Part shown: positions 18,613 through 28,940 of the stretch, in pieces
How the letters are laid out: every line of letters begins with the position of its first letter
How positions within the stretch are numbered: the first letter of the stretch is position 1
Virus record (IMG/VR): IMGVR_UViG_3300033998_000198
Coordinates: 67,935 to 131,934 of that record
Reading direction: 5' to 3' (one strand)
Source: a virus
DNA: 64,000 bases
Notes under the pieces: generated by a model
The model's database searches: none
The model's input: the letters and a program-made list of their open reading frames with translations, nothing else
What the model was told of the DNA's origin: nothing
Position numbers and translations under genes: made by a program

Positions 18613-20762
18613 ACCAAAAGACAATATCTCTTGATGAAGTAAAAATTGCTGTTATAAAGAAGATCTTGGATGACAAAGTTGCTGCCGGAGAGATACAATC
18701 ACAGGAGCAGTATGATGCAGAATATAAGATCTTATATAACAAAGTACAGAGTACAAAGACAATCACTACTTTGAAAGAACAGTCCGGGTTAACAGACGCA
18801 AAATCATTCAACGAGAATATCGTTGATTTGTATATAGATTTGCTTACCGCCTTCGGAGCTATGAATGAACTTGACCAGGCAGTAAACAGGCATAAGAAAT
18901 TAAACGAATCCATTATTAACTCCTTGAAGACACAAGTTGCCAAGATGAACGACGAGGTTAGTAACTACGAACAAATCATCAAGGAGCAATGGAACTCTGA
19001 CAATTATACTGAAGGATTTAGGGATGTAGGATGCTTCGAGGAGAATAACAATCTCTATACAGAAAGGGACGGGACATTGATGTCATCGTCCTATAAGGCT
19101 GTTTTGGACAAATTCAATGAGAGCATTAACTTGCCGTACATAACAAAAACCAATGTTCTCATTCATCAGAACGGAACTCCGCTTGCTACAGCGTCGCTTC
19201 CAAAACAACTTGGAAGCGGACTTATTACAATAAAGAATGAGAGAAATTCTCTTGACAAGGCAATTGATACATCTACAGATACATACTGGGCTGAGTGTAT
19301 ACTGTGCGACACACCGATGCGTGTCGAACTCAGTGACTATTACTATAACACGAATTTTGGAGCGGTATGCGAGATTGAGATTTCACTACAGACACCTACT
19401 GTAGTGAATGAAATATCTTTGCTTCCATACGGACCATATCCTATGGAGATTATCGCTATAAGGTATTTTGAAACTGATGAACCAAGTGAGCCTATAAAAG
19501 AAATTGTATTCCCAGGGAATACAGATAAAACACTTGACTATCAGCATATCACAGGGTCAATTAGTTTTAAATTTACAGACCGGCTTTGCAAGAGGATTAG
19601 AATACTGATAAACCAGATTCATTACATAAAGAATAACTTTATTGTAGATAAGGAAGAACAGTCTAAAAATGAGTTGTGGTTTAATTCAACCGGTACAGTG
19701 ATTCCGAAACTGGAAGGCCATGAAGTATTTAAGCCGGTATATTATGACAAGGCTCTAAAAGACAGGGCATGGGTAATATTTAACAACAGTATCGGCGACG
19801 TTGCCAATATTGATGTTACAAAACTAATGGAAACAAAGAAGTCTATGAAACCGGTAAGTAAATACCAATATGTATACGGATTCTATAATATCGGGGTATA
19901 CTATAATGACTTTCAGGATACAGGAATTTTTGTTAGCAAGACGATAAAGTCCAGGGGAAACATCAAGACGGTTACATTGGAGTCAAAAGAAATACATCCC
20001 GGGAACCAGAACTGTTGTGATATAGAATATTACATCAGTTACGCTGACAACCCGCAAGCTGAGGATTGGATTCCGCTGCTTCCAATGGATAAGGAGGTTA
20101 TCCACAACGAGCTGTTGACAGTGTGGGTAAATGAGGGTCTTCCATACTATTTACTCAGGTTCCCGGCAAAAGGTAATATCATAGTGAAAGCAAACGGAAT
20201 TGTTCTTAGTCCTATGTATTACAACACAAGAACCGACAGCAACGGCAATATAAACAGGGTGGCTATATTACCCTACAAGAAGCCTAATGTCAAATACACT
20301 GTTGAGTATACTCCAGTTGATAAAGCAAAACGCATTGACTTTATTGACTCCAATGTAAACCCTATCGTGTCTGCTGATGTTATCCCTGGAACAAACACTA
20401 ATTATTATTCTCTCTCGAATATTCCGTTTTTATACGAAGGTATGGTGATGAATGTTCAAATCACAACCAAGGACGGAAACCTTATCACGCAACAACGTGG
20501 AGATATACAGAATGTGACTGACATCTACAGTCCAAGTGAAAGTTATAAGAATTTTACAACCGGTAAATTACAATATTACGTTGACAAGGATAAATTATAC
20601 TTCAATCAGGATATAGCTGCTGGGAATACTATAAAGATAGAATATAGTCATTTTGTAACCCAGATTAGAGTCAAAGCTATCCTTAGAAGGAATTGCCAAG
20701 GTAACAATTGGATTACGCCATCAATTGACGAATTCAGAGTAAAATTCCAGGTTATAGAATAG
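18609..20762 (+). CDS. Putative tail/baseplate protein (paralog family)
   Basis: N-terminal helical motif SFNENIVDLYIDL and C-terminal KAILRR...TPSIDEFRV motif. Confidence 0.6.
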   Translation: MNQKTISLDEVKIAVIKKILDDKVAAGEIQSQEQYDAEYKILYNKVQSTKTITTLKEQSGLTDAKSFNENIVDLYIDLLTAFGAMNELDQAVNRHKKLNESIINSLKTQVAKMNDEVSNYEQIIKEQWNSDNYTEGFRDVGCFEENNNLYTERDGTLMSSSYKAVLDKFNESINLPYITKTNVLIHQNGTPLATASLPKQLGSGLITIKNERNSLDKAIDTSTDTYWAECILCDTPMRVELSDYYYNTNFGAVCEIEISLQTPTVVNEISLLPYGPYPMEIIAIRYFETDEPSEPIKEIVFPGNTDKTLDYQHITGSISFKFTDRLCKRIRILINQIHYIKNNFIVDKEEQSKNELWFNSTGTVIPKLEGHEVFKPVYYDKALKDRAWVIFNNSIGDVANIDVTKLMETKKSMKPVSKYQYVYGFYNIGVYYNDFQDTGIFVSKTIKSRGNIKTVTLESKEIHPGNQNCCDIEYYISYADNPQAEDWIPLLPMDKEVIHNELLTVWVNEGLPYYLLRFPAKGNIIVKANGIVLSPMYYNTRTDSNGNINRVAILPYKKPNVKYTVEYTPVDKAKRIDFIDSNVNPIVSADVIPGTNTNYYSLSNIPFLYEGMVMNVQITTKDGNLITQQRGDIQNVTDIYSPSESYKNFTTGKLQYYVDKDKLYFNQDIAAGNTIKIEYSHFVTQIRVKAILRRNCQGNNWITPSIDEFRVKFQVIE

Positions 20763-20772
20763 GAGGTCGGAC

Positions 20773-22530
20773 ATGTCGAACTTGATGCAATTATTGAATA
20801 AATCAAAGACCATAGATGAAAAGGCTTCAGCTATATTCAGCGAACTTATCGGCCAATACAATCATGGCGAGATAAAGACTGAAACCGAGCTTTTATACAA
20901 AGTCTTCAATGCTTTGAATGATTTCTATGCGTCTATCGGCAAGCCAACATACAAGTTTCGTCCAGCAAAAGGAACACCTGTGTCCGAACACTACAACTCA
21001 ATGATAAAAGAAGCTGTTGCTGATATATCGTCAATATTGGCTGAAAGTGACAATCTATCCGATATTCTTGACCAGTCATTCACCGAAATAGAGGTTGACA
21101 GAAAGATGCTCCAGAACAAAATCAAGTATATCGGAAAACTCCTTGACAAAGTAAAGATTGCAGCACAGGACTCCAGGAACAGATTGGTTTTTGGAGATTC
21201 GTTTGTAAACACGAAACAGATGGATACAGACATGATTAAAGGCATTCCGGCATCTATCAACATCACCGAAGGTGTGTTGACATTAAACAAACTTCAGGCA
21301 GAAGACTACTCCAGCACATGTGATGTTGAGATACTTTCGGACTCCAATGGGTTTCCTGGTAATACCCATGTTGCAGACATTCTTGATGGTTCATTGCATT
21401 TTAGCGGAGAAGACAATCTTCATATAAACTTAAAGGACATCATCGACGGGAACAATGACACATGGTTTGAGTATGAAATCTTCTCAGTTACCAACGAAGT
21501 TTACGAACAAACTGTTGGTCTTGGATTTAATTATAAGGAAAATGTAAGCTGGATAACCGAAGAAGGACCATTAAGGCTTGTTATCAGACTGACACTTAAA
21601 CAACCAAAAACATGCAATTGGTTGTCGCTGTCTCCGTTTATCCCTGAACATAAAGGCGTTAAAGCACCACAGATAAGCAGTATCATAATATCTGACGGTA
21701 AAGGTACAGTCCAGAATATAACCTCTGGCAAACGTAGCTTTGACAGTGATATCATATATATCTTCCAGACTCAGGTATGCAAGACTGTTACAGTTGTGTT
21801 TGAGCAGCCTTTATCCTATGATATTAACATAGGCCACTTCTTTTTTACAGAGGTATCGTCATCTAATGAGAACTATTTTGATACCACTGAATCAAAAGGC
21901 GGCCGTGTAGATGGACCAAGCCCATCTATTGAACTGCTCGGATTAAAATACGACAGCAAGGCGAAGAAAGTCGTTAATCCTTCCTATACCGAAGGTTCTA
22001 ACTTTATTGACGACGCAAAAGTTAAGAAGGAACTATTTACATTTCCTTCAGATACAGCCAATATAAAGGCCGGAAAAGAGATACTGCCTGCATCAAGATA
22101 TCACATAGGCATCAAGGGGATCAATATATCCTGTTACACCTTTGACCAGTCAAGTGAGTATATATCCACAGCATATGAGTCTGATGAATCTATAGCTACG
22201 GTTTCCCTGGATGTAACTGAAATGATACCACGAAGTTATGGTGAAGGCGAATGGATCAAATATAGTATCTCAGTTGATGACGGACAAAACTGGTATCCGA
22301 TTGTTCCTACATTCAAATCATATGCCGGCAAATCCGTTTATTATATCAACAGTAATACTCCGGTAGAGCTAAGGCACCCCGCAAATGGCTATATTGAAAC
22401 CGGGAGCGACGTATATTCGTTAAGGCTCAAAATAGAACTATCAAGACCTACAGGTGTAAATGATGTATACACTACTCCTATTGTTTCGGGATATAATATC
22501 AAAGTAACCACTGGAGGGAAGAAAAAATGA
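20773..22530 (+). CDS. Putative tail/baseplate protein (paralog family)
   Basis: SEHYNSMIKEAVADI and LKIELSR...TPIVSGYNI motifs; AGGAGG RBS. Confidence 0.6.
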   Translation: MSNLMQLLNKSKTIDEKASAIFSELIGQYNHGEIKTETELLYKVFNALNDFYASIGKPTYKFRPAKGTPVSEHYNSMIKEAVADISSILAESDNLSDILDQSFTEIEVDRKMLQNKIKYIGKLLDKVKIAAQDSRNRLVFGDSFVNTKQMDTDMIKGIPASINITEGVLTLNKLQAEDYSSTCDVEILSDSNGFPGNTHVADILDGSLHFSGEDNLHINLKDIIDGNNDTWFEYEIFSVTNEVYEQTVGLGFNYKENVSWITEEGPLRLVIRLTLKQPKTCNWLSLSPFIPEHKGVKAPQISSIIISDGKGTVQNITSGKRSFDSDIIYIFQTQVCKTVTVVFEQPLSYDINIGHFFFTEVSSSNENYFDTTESKGGRVDGPSPSIELLGLKYDSKAKKVVNPSYTEGSNFIDDAKVKKELFTFPSDTANIKAGKEILPASRYHIGIKGINISCYTFDQSSEYISTAYESDESIATVSLDVTEMIPRSYGEGEWIKYSISVDDGQNWYPIVPTFKSYAGKSVYYINSNTPVELRHPANGYIETGSDVYSLRLKIELSRPTGVNDVYTTPIVSGYNIKVTTGGKKK

Positions 22531-24524
22531 GTATTAGTCAAAGACAAATCCAAACGGTAACCGATAAGGCGGTGGAAACTTTGCTAAAGGCCGGACAACT
22601 GCCTAATACTGCTGATATTAACAAGTATGTCGATACATTCTTTGCCGGTAAAACTCCCGGGCTGCCTTATTACAGACCAACAGAAGTTGCAGAAGGAGAA
22701 GTTTCAGATCCTGATAGCTACAACAGAATGTTTCAGGATCTCAAAACAGACCTTGATACAATTTTTTCTGAGAACATATACCAGAATAATAGAATTGTAT
22801 CAATGTTTGATTACTATGCAACTGAGAAGGAACGCCTGGATGCAGCGGTTGAAAAACTGCAACTGAGAGTTGACGGTCTGCTCGATTCCCTAAAGTCCAG
22901 TAAAGCAACTGAAGGATTCATTGAATCATTTAATAATTTCTATGGAGTTGAGCTATACGGCGATAAGGCCCGAAATATTCCGAAGACTTCTGCTTTTGTC
23001 GACCTTGTGCAGAGAAAAGTATATAATGAGAAGCTGACACGACCGCAAGATAAGATTGATATTTCATCAGCCTCAATAACTATAACTCCTGTAACAACCA
23101 TTAACGGCTCAACTGTCCTTGGTGCTGCCGAGAATATATTAAAAGATTCAACCAATGAAACCTGTACGTGGATATTCACCAAAAACGGAGACGGAGAATG
23201 TATTATAGAGCTGCTTGTAAAGATGAAAGATGCTGCAACGGCAAGTTCTGTTGTAATTAACACCAAGTCAACAAAGGCTGCCAATATTAGCCTTCAGATA
23301 TCTGAAGATGATGTTAATTATAAAGACTTAATGGATATTGATACAGCTTCGTTTGCTGAATGGAATTTTAACAGAACGCCTGTGAAATTTATGAAGTTCA
23401 GAATTAAGAAATATGAGCCTGATGGCGATACCGGTTCTTCAAGTGAATATTACTTTACAATCTGCAATATATCGCTTGTAAACGACAATTTCATGAACAA
23501 GAATGTATTTGTCAGTAAACCGATAACCATAAACAAAATCCCCGACAAGGCTACATTGATAACGGAAGACGTAATCTATCCAAATACCGATATCAAATAT
23601 TATCTTGGGATAGACAACGGGATCGACAAAGTTGACTGGAGATTAGTTCAAAGCGGAGTGCCATATGACTTTGGCCTTCTTACTCCAAGACGTGAGATTG
23701 TTACCAACAATGTAAGTCCTTACAACTATGACGGCAAAGTGTCGAGGATATGCAAACTTCATGAGAATACGGACAAAAATACAATTAACCTTATGCTTGG
23801 ATACCAGATGTGGTTTCATGAAAGGTTCAGTTTGCCTGACTCTGTAGTAAATGAAACCGACGCTTCTGGGAGAAATATCTTCGAACCAGGAATTGGCCAA
23901 ATGATTTACCCAAAGATCGGCAATTCATTCTATGATTGCGAGATATACGATCTCAATGTTAAGGCTGGAGAGCTGAACGTATATACACAGTATGTAATAT
24001 GCGGTCAGGATGTTTCTATCAGTCATAGAAAAATCATTGGCAGCGTGAAGCATTCGATTTATGTCAATAATATCGTAGTGCAGCCAATAGACGGGAAGTA
24101 TACGATCAATCTGGTAAAGGGTATAAATAAAGTCCAAATGTGCATTTATTCATATTCAGACACAACAGTGTCCCACAATATCAATATGAAGAACGCTTCA
24201 TTTGATATTTATTGTAGGCTTGCACTCAGGCAGGTTACAGAACACAACCTTATATCCAACACTAAGGACGAGGATCTGAATTTCTTCGCTGTAGATTCAG
24301 AAGGGTATATTATTGTGAAGTACGACCCGAAAAAAGCCGGGTTGTGTTACAATATAAATAATGATGATTTGATTCGTTATGTAGTTGAGTATAAATATAT
24401 ACCGAACGATGTATTAACTGCCTACCCGGATAATACTCTGAAGATCAGGGTAATGGCGACGCTGACAAGTTCGTATGACGACATTTCGCCTCAAATCATG
24501 AACTACAGGATTATATCTGAATAG
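22527..24524 (+). CDS. Putative tail/baseplate protein (paralog family)
   Basis: DSYNRMFQDLKTDL and IRVMATL...SPQIMNYRI motifs; ATGA-coupled. Confidence 0.6.
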   Translation: MSISQRQIQTVTDKAVETLLKAGQLPNTADINKYVDTFFAGKTPGLPYYRPTEVAEGEVSDPDSYNRMFQDLKTDLDTIFSENIYQNNRIVSMFDYYATEKERLDAAVEKLQLRVDGLLDSLKSSKATEGFIESFNNFYGVELYGDKARNIPKTSAFVDLVQRKVYNEKLTRPQDKIDISSASITITPVTTINGSTVLGAAENILKDSTNETCTWIFTKNGDGECIIELLVKMKDAATASSVVINTKSTKAANISLQISEDDVNYKDLMDIDTASFAEWNFNRTPVKFMKFRIKKYEPDGDTGSSSEYYFTICNISLVNDNFMNKNVFVSKPITINKIPDKATLITEDVIYPNTDIKYYLGIDNGIDKVDWRLVQSGVPYDFGLLTPRREIVTNNVSPYNYDGKVSRICKLHENTDKNTINLMLGYQMWFHERFSLPDSVVNETDASGRNIFEPGIGQMIYPKIGNSFYDCEIYDLNVKAGELNVYTQYVICGQDVSISHRKIIGSVKHSIYVNNIVVQPIDGKYTINLVKGINKVQMCIYSYSDTTVSHNINMKNASFDIYCRLALRQVTEHNLISNTKDEDLNFFAVDSEGYIIVKYDPKKAGLCYNINNDDLIRYVVEYKYIPNDVLTAYPDNTLKIRVMATLTSSYDDISPQIMNYRIISE

Positions 24525-24526
24525 GA

Positions 24527-24787
24527 GTGAGGTCAGTGATATATCCGATTGGGGTAAAAGAAAACAGTAGATACCGTGGTCCGATAGAAAGCATTAAAAC
24601 ACTTAGAACCAACGGTGATATTGAACAGAACATCAAACTGCTGTATAATAAATTTATGGAGCTTGAGGAATTAAATACCTATATTAAAACAGTCCTTGAT
24701 GATAACAACATATACAAGTCTCACAGGGATATCAAGGTAATAGACGGCAATACGAGCTCATTTATAAAGGAGGCTGACAACAGTTAA
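24527..24787 (+). CDS. Small structural-operon protein; last 4 codons and stop come from the inserted element
   Basis: GTG start after AGGA. Removing element 24774-26697 gives ...IKEAMVNG* overlapping the ATG at 26707. Confidence 0.6.
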   Translation: MRSVIYPIGVKENSRYRGPIESIKTLRTNGDIEQNIKLLYNKFMELEELNTYIKTVLDDNNIYKSHRDIKVIDGNTSSFIKEADNS

Positions 24788-24841
24788 GAAAAATTTATAA
24801 AATTTTATAAAAATCTATACACAATTTATAAAAAATCCCAC

Positions 24842-25009
24842 CTATTTGGTAGGATTGGTATATTTGATAATTAAATCTTGTAATGCTTCATCAAGCAATT
24901 TAGACTTAGGAATTTTAGTGTCTTTGCTTAACTTTTCAAATGCTTCATAGATTTTTATATCTACTGCGTTTGAGATGGGTTTTCTGTTTTTAAGACCTCG
25001 ATTATTCAT
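24842..25009 (-). CDS. Ribbon-helix-helix protein divergent from tnpB (55 aa)
   Basis: MNNRGLKNRKPISNAVDIKIYEAFEKLSKDTKIPKSKLLDEALQDLI has an RHH pattern; GGAGG RBS; homologous to 58621-58782. Confidence 0.75.
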   Translation of the reverse strand: MNNRGLKNRKPISNAVDIKIYEAFEKLSKDTKIPKSKLLDEALQDLIIKYTNPTK

Positions 25010-25094
25010 AAAATCACCTCCTAAAAAATATTGTACAACTACTTTTAAATACTTGCAACTACTTGTAGTTTGTAGTAAAATAATAATTAGGAGG

Positions 25095-25324
25095 TTCACT
25101 ATAGTTAATAAAAAGTTATAAAAAGTCATAAATTAATGAAATATGAAAAATCAGCATAATTCACTTAACGAATTATGTTGGTATGTACGGTGTCGTTACA
25201 TCGGAATTTAAGCCTTTGGAGAGTCATACCAAACGCAAGTAGGATTCCGAAAGCGGACTCTATGAATAAGGAAAAGAACATAAAAGTTATAATTTTATAA
25301 CTTTTTATAAGTTTCTTATAACGG
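25095..25324 (+). mobile_element. Nested 230-bp non-coding IS607-like mini-element B (left end + omegaRNA) in the RBS of tnpB
   Basis: GGAGG at 25090-25094, then left end TTCACTATAGTTAA..TTATAA, then omegaRNA scaffold ending TTTCTTATAACGG. Removal gives GGAGG-tgaaacga-ATG (25333). Confidence 0.8.
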
Positions 25325-25344
25325 TGAAACGAATGATTAGAACC
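25180..25344 (+). ncRNA. omegaRNA candidate B; predicted guide TGAAACGAATGATTAGAACC (tnpB start)
   Basis: Shares GGAATTTAAGCCTTTGGAG, GTAGG, ATGAATAAGGAA, AACATAAA and TAACGG blocks with the other copies; boundaries approximate. Confidence 0.65.
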
Positions 25345-26520
25345 TACAAAGTAATGCTTTTACCTAATAACAAACAAAGAATAAAGCTGTTTGAATGTGC
25401 TGGAGTTGCAAGATGGGCATACAACTGGGCATTAGAACAGCAACAGATTAACTATAAAAATGGTGGTAAATTTTTAGATGATAAAACTTTAAGAAAAAGG
25501 CTAACAGAACTTAAACAGACAGAAGAATACAAGTGGCTTAATGACTATTCAAATAACATTACAAAACAAGCAATAAAAGATGCCTGTATTTCTTATAAGA
25601 ACTTCTTTGAAGGTAGAGCCAAATTACCAAAGTTTAAATCTAAGAAAAGAAGTAAACAAAGTTTTTATCAAGATACTGATAAAATTGTTGTAACAGATAC
25701 TCATGTTAAATTAGAGAAACTAACTACTTCTAAAAAGAAAAACAAACAAAAATTAAATTGGATTAAATTATCTGAAATAGGCAGAATGCCGATAGGTGAA
25801 AACATAAAATACTCTAATCCACGCATAACATTTGATGGTCTAAATTGGTGGTTATCAATAGGAGTAGAAGAAGATATAAAGCAAGATAGTTCTAAGTATT
25901 CAGAAGGGATTGGTGTAGATTTAGGAGTAAAGGATTTAGCAGTAGTTAGCACAGGGCAAAAGTTTAAGAATATAAACAAGTCAAACAAAGTAAAGAAACT
26001 TGAAAAGATGCTTAGAAAACTACAAAGAAAACTATCTAAAAAATATGAGTTGAATAAAATTGAAACAGAAGGAGGTGAATACCGTTACAGAAAGACTAAA
26101 AATATTAAAAAGTTAGAATTCCTTGTTCTAAAGGTGCGAAGAAGGCTTAAAAACATAAGGCACAATTATATTCATCAGACAACTACATCTTTGGTGAGAA
26201 GCAAGCCTGAATATGTAGTAATGGAAAGTTTAAATACTTGCGGGATGTTGAAGAATAGAAAACTGTCAAAGGCAATACAAGAACAAGTTTTTCATGAGTT
26301 TAAAAGACAGATGGAATATAAGTGTGCATGGAATGGAATTAAGTTTATACTTGCAGATAGATTTTATCCTTCAAGCAAAACTTGCAGTAGATGTGGCAAT
26401 GTAAAGGATACCCTATCCTTATCAGAAAGAACCTTTATATGTGATAGATGTGGATATGAAATAGATAGGGACTTAAATGCAAGTATAAATCTTAAAAACT
26501 ATGGTAAATCAATAGCATAG
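25333..26520 (+). CDS. tnpB: TnpB RNA-guided endonuclease (IS607-associated type); ORF track extends to a junction GTG at 25324
   Basis: N-terminal HTH; RuvC-I GVDLG, RuvC-II VVMESL, zinc finger CSRCG/CDRCG, RuvC-III DRDLNA; catalytic D-E-D intact. Confidence 0.92.
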   Translation: MIRTYKVMLLPNNKQRIKLFECAGVARWAYNWALEQQQINYKNGGKFLDDKTLRKRLTELKQTEEYKWLNDYSNNITKQAIKDACISYKNFFEGRAKLPKFKSKKRSKQSFYQDTDKIVVTDTHVKLEKLTTSKKKNKQKLNWIKLSEIGRMPIGENIKYSNPRITFDGLNWWLSIGVEEDIKQDSSKYSEGIGVDLGVKDLAVVSTGQKFKNINKSNKVKKLEKMLRKLQRKLSKKYELNKIETEGGEYRYRKTKNIKKLEFLVLKVRRRLKNIRHNYIHQTTTSLVRSKPEYVVMESLNTCGMLKNRKLSKAIQEQVFHEFKRQMEYKCAWNGIKFILADRFYPSSKTCSRCGNVKDTLSLSERTFICDRCGYEIDRDLNASINLKNYGKSIA

Positions 26521-26529
26521 CACCAGACG

Positions 26530-26717
26530 CAACTATTGATATGTACCGATTCGTTAGTCGGGAATTTAAGCCTTTGGAGTGTCAAGCAAACATGAGTAGG
26601 TTTATCCGAAAGAGGACATGATGAACAAGGAAGGAAACATAAACTTTTATAAGGTTTAAGGAAAATCTTATAGAATTTTATAAGTTTTCTGTAACGGCAA
26701 TGGTCAATGGATAACGT
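26530..26717 (+). ncRNA. omegaRNA candidate A; predicted guide CAATGGTCAATGGATAACGT
   Basis: Directly 3' of tnpB and ending at the element right end (GTAACGG, 26697); conserved scaffold blocks. Confidence 0.7.
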
Positions 26718-27939
26718 ACCATCCTTTAGAAAACAAGAAGTAAAGTTCAGATCAACTGCATCCAGCGAACAATACAATCAGATGCAGGACAGTGCACTTT
26801 ATGATATCCTGAATCTTTTCAACAAAGCAAACAAGCTGGAAAGCGATCTTTTAGACACAAAAGACATCGTCTTTACTGAGAATAAGTATATGCAGTTGAA
26901 GATCCAATCCCTTGAAGCAAAGTTGGCCACGATGGCACAGCTATATAAAGATCTGACTACTGCCGGGAATAAATTAATGACGCTCAACGTATATCCGAAC
27001 CAGATGTATATAAACAGCTCATCCAGCGTTCCTGCATTTGTAGATACTGCCTGCATGGATGTAACGCTTCCGTTTGCCTCAAAAACAAGCAAGGTTCATG
27101 TATATGACGACGTATCCGACACTGTGTTTATTCCTGATTCATTGGTTGCTGAGAACAGTATAATAACACCGACCAAAGGAATCATCGAAATTACAGAGAA
27201 TGATATCATGAATGCGTTCAACGGAAACAACAGTTCTTACTGGAGAAAAAAAGTAATTACCGACAATACTGTAAACGAAGTAAACATGCAGATTGTCATA
27301 GGGCTTCCTGAAGACATTATATCAAACAGGGAAATCAATGCAGTTATCTTCTCTCCATTCCCATATGGCTCACTTGATCTGGTAAATATCGAATACAAAT
27401 TGTTCGGCGACTGGACCCAGATTCCTTCATTTAGCGAGCACTCCGAAGGAACGCTCGAATCATATTCCGATGTTTTCGGTAATATAAGTTATAAACCGAT
27501 TATTCCAGGAGTAGGTAACATTAAGTTCTGTTTCAATGACATCAGTGCATCTGAACTCAGAATCACTGTAAGACAAAGAAACTACACACAGGAGAATGGT
27601 AACCGGGTATTTTATCTTGGTGCCCGTGAAATTGAAATAGTCAATTATAAGTACAATAAAGATGTAGCTACATTCTATACAAAAGTTATATTCCCAGGCA
27701 ATCCTGTTAAGGTTGTGTGTGATATACAATCTATATTGAATAACCAGGGAGAAATCGGGAAGAATGTTGTACAGTATGAAATGTTCACACTGGACGACTA
27801 TGATCGGCCATCAAAGATAACAAAGGGATTTCCCTTTGAAATATCTAACGGTAAAATGCTTGTCAAGTGTGACATTTACAAAAATAATACTTCGCCGGCA
27901 TTAAATAAGATAAAAGTTATTTATAAAGAAAAAATATAG
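26707..27939 (+). CDS. Putative tail/baseplate protein (paralog family); SD displaced by element A
   Basis: SSEQYNQMQDSALYDI and VKCDIYK..TSPALNKIKV motifs. Confidence 0.6.
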   Translation: MDNVPSFRKQEVKFRSTASSEQYNQMQDSALYDILNLFNKANKLESDLLDTKDIVFTENKYMQLKIQSLEAKLATMAQLYKDLTTAGNKLMTLNVYPNQMYINSSSSVPAFVDTACMDVTLPFASKTSKVHVYDDVSDTVFIPDSLVAENSIITPTKGIIEITENDIMNAFNGNNSSYWRKKVITDNTVNEVNMQIVIGLPEDIISNREINAVIFSPFPYGSLDLVNIEYKLFGDWTQIPSFSEHSEGTLESYSDVFGNISYKPIIPGVGNIKFCFNDISASELRITVRQRNYTQENGNRVFYLGAREIEIVNYKYNKDVATFYTKVIFPGNPVKVVCDIQSILNNQGEIGKNVVQYEMFTLDDYDRPSKITKGFPFEISNGKMLVKCDIYKNNTSPALNKIKVIYKEKI

Positions 27940-27950
27940 GAGGTGCTCTT

Positions 27951-28895
27951 ATGAAAAAGACGCTATGTTTGCTGCTTGTTCTTGTTATTGCTTTTGTTTC
28001 AATACCTGTTTTTGCTGTGTATGACAATTCTAAAGTTTACACTGTGATTGGCAATGACAAGTATTATATGAATGGAACAAAGCTGATGAAGGACGGAAAA
28101 ATGGTCGTTAACTTCCAGGATCTTACCTACAGTTATGGAGGCATCGAAATCACCAAAGAGATGATGAAGACACTCCTTGTTACCGACCTTACTCATGACA
28201 AATGGAACGGACATGATATTATCTATGCTGTAGGATTGGTATTTGAACCTGATCAAGATATATTGAATGATTCATCGAAGTTCAAAGACCAGAAAATCAA
28301 GATAGGGTATCCGTACATGCTTGTTATGTCATATTGTATAGGAGGTCCGACCAAAGATATTTACTGGTACAAAGATAACTATTTAATGATGGAGGCCATA
28401 CTAAAGTATGATGCACTATGGGATGCTGCACACGATGTCATACTTGATGAGAGTAAAGACCCAACGGAAGATGAGAGTTATGATACGCTCTACAACTTCG
28501 CAGCAAGAATTGTACATCCAAGGATAATCATGAGCCAGCATTACTCACATAAGGCATACTTATTAGTACAGGATACAAAATCCGATGAGGTAAACGCAGA
28601 TCATATCAAACTATTTACATTCAATACTGACAGGACATTGAAGCCGGAATACAAGTTCACTCCGGAATTATTTGCAACATTCTGGTGGTTAAACGAGCAA
28701 GGGCAAAAGTACGGAGATTATGAAGTCAGATTAGATAGATTCTATCTTAAGGAAACCCAGAAAGACCATGTTGTAATATATAACTTTGGCGACGAAATAT
28801 CAATTGCACTTGATAACGATATTAGCATTCATACACAGCCAAGGTTGGCGGGTTTATACTGGCAGTATACTGAACAATTAGATCTTGACGAATAG
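27951..28895 (+). CDS. Secreted/exported protein with Sec signal peptide
   Basis: MKK-hydrophobic core-VFA|V signal peptide; AGGAGG RBS; last gene of the + operon. Confidence 0.65.
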   Translation: MKKTLCLLLVLVIAFVSIPVFAVYDNSKVYTVIGNDKYYMNGTKLMKDGKMVVNFQDLTYSYGGIEITKEMMKTLLVTDLTHDKWNGHDIIYAVGLVFEPDQDILNDSSKFKDQKIKIGYPYMLVMSYCIGGPTKDIYWYKDNYLMMEAILKYDALWDAAHDVILDESKDPTEDESYDTLYNFAARIVHPRIIMSQHYSHKAYLLVQDTKSDEVNADHIKLFTFNTDRTLKPEYKFTPELFATFWWLNEQGQKYGDYEVRLDRFYLKETQKDHVVIYNFGDEISIALDNDISIHTQPRLAGLYWQYTEQLDLDE

Positions 28896-28901
28896 AAAAT
28901 C

Positions 28902-28936
28902 AAATGGGTATTATACACAAAGTATAATACCCATTT
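28902..28936. terminator. Bidirectional intrinsic terminator
   Basis: Perfect 15-bp stem AAATGGGTATTATAC/GTATAATACCCATTT between convergent genes. Confidence 0.8.
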
Positions 28937-28940
28937 TGAA

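Larger units (their letters stand above)
24774..26697 (+). mobile_element. IS607-like element A (RHH + tnpB + omegaRNA; no tnpA), inserted after GGAGG
   Basis: Left end CTGACAACAGTTAAG..TTATAA repeats follows GGAGG (24769-24773); right end TTTTATAAGTTTTCTGTAACGG. AT-rich relative to flanks; excision restores RBS and gene overlap. Confidence 0.8.
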
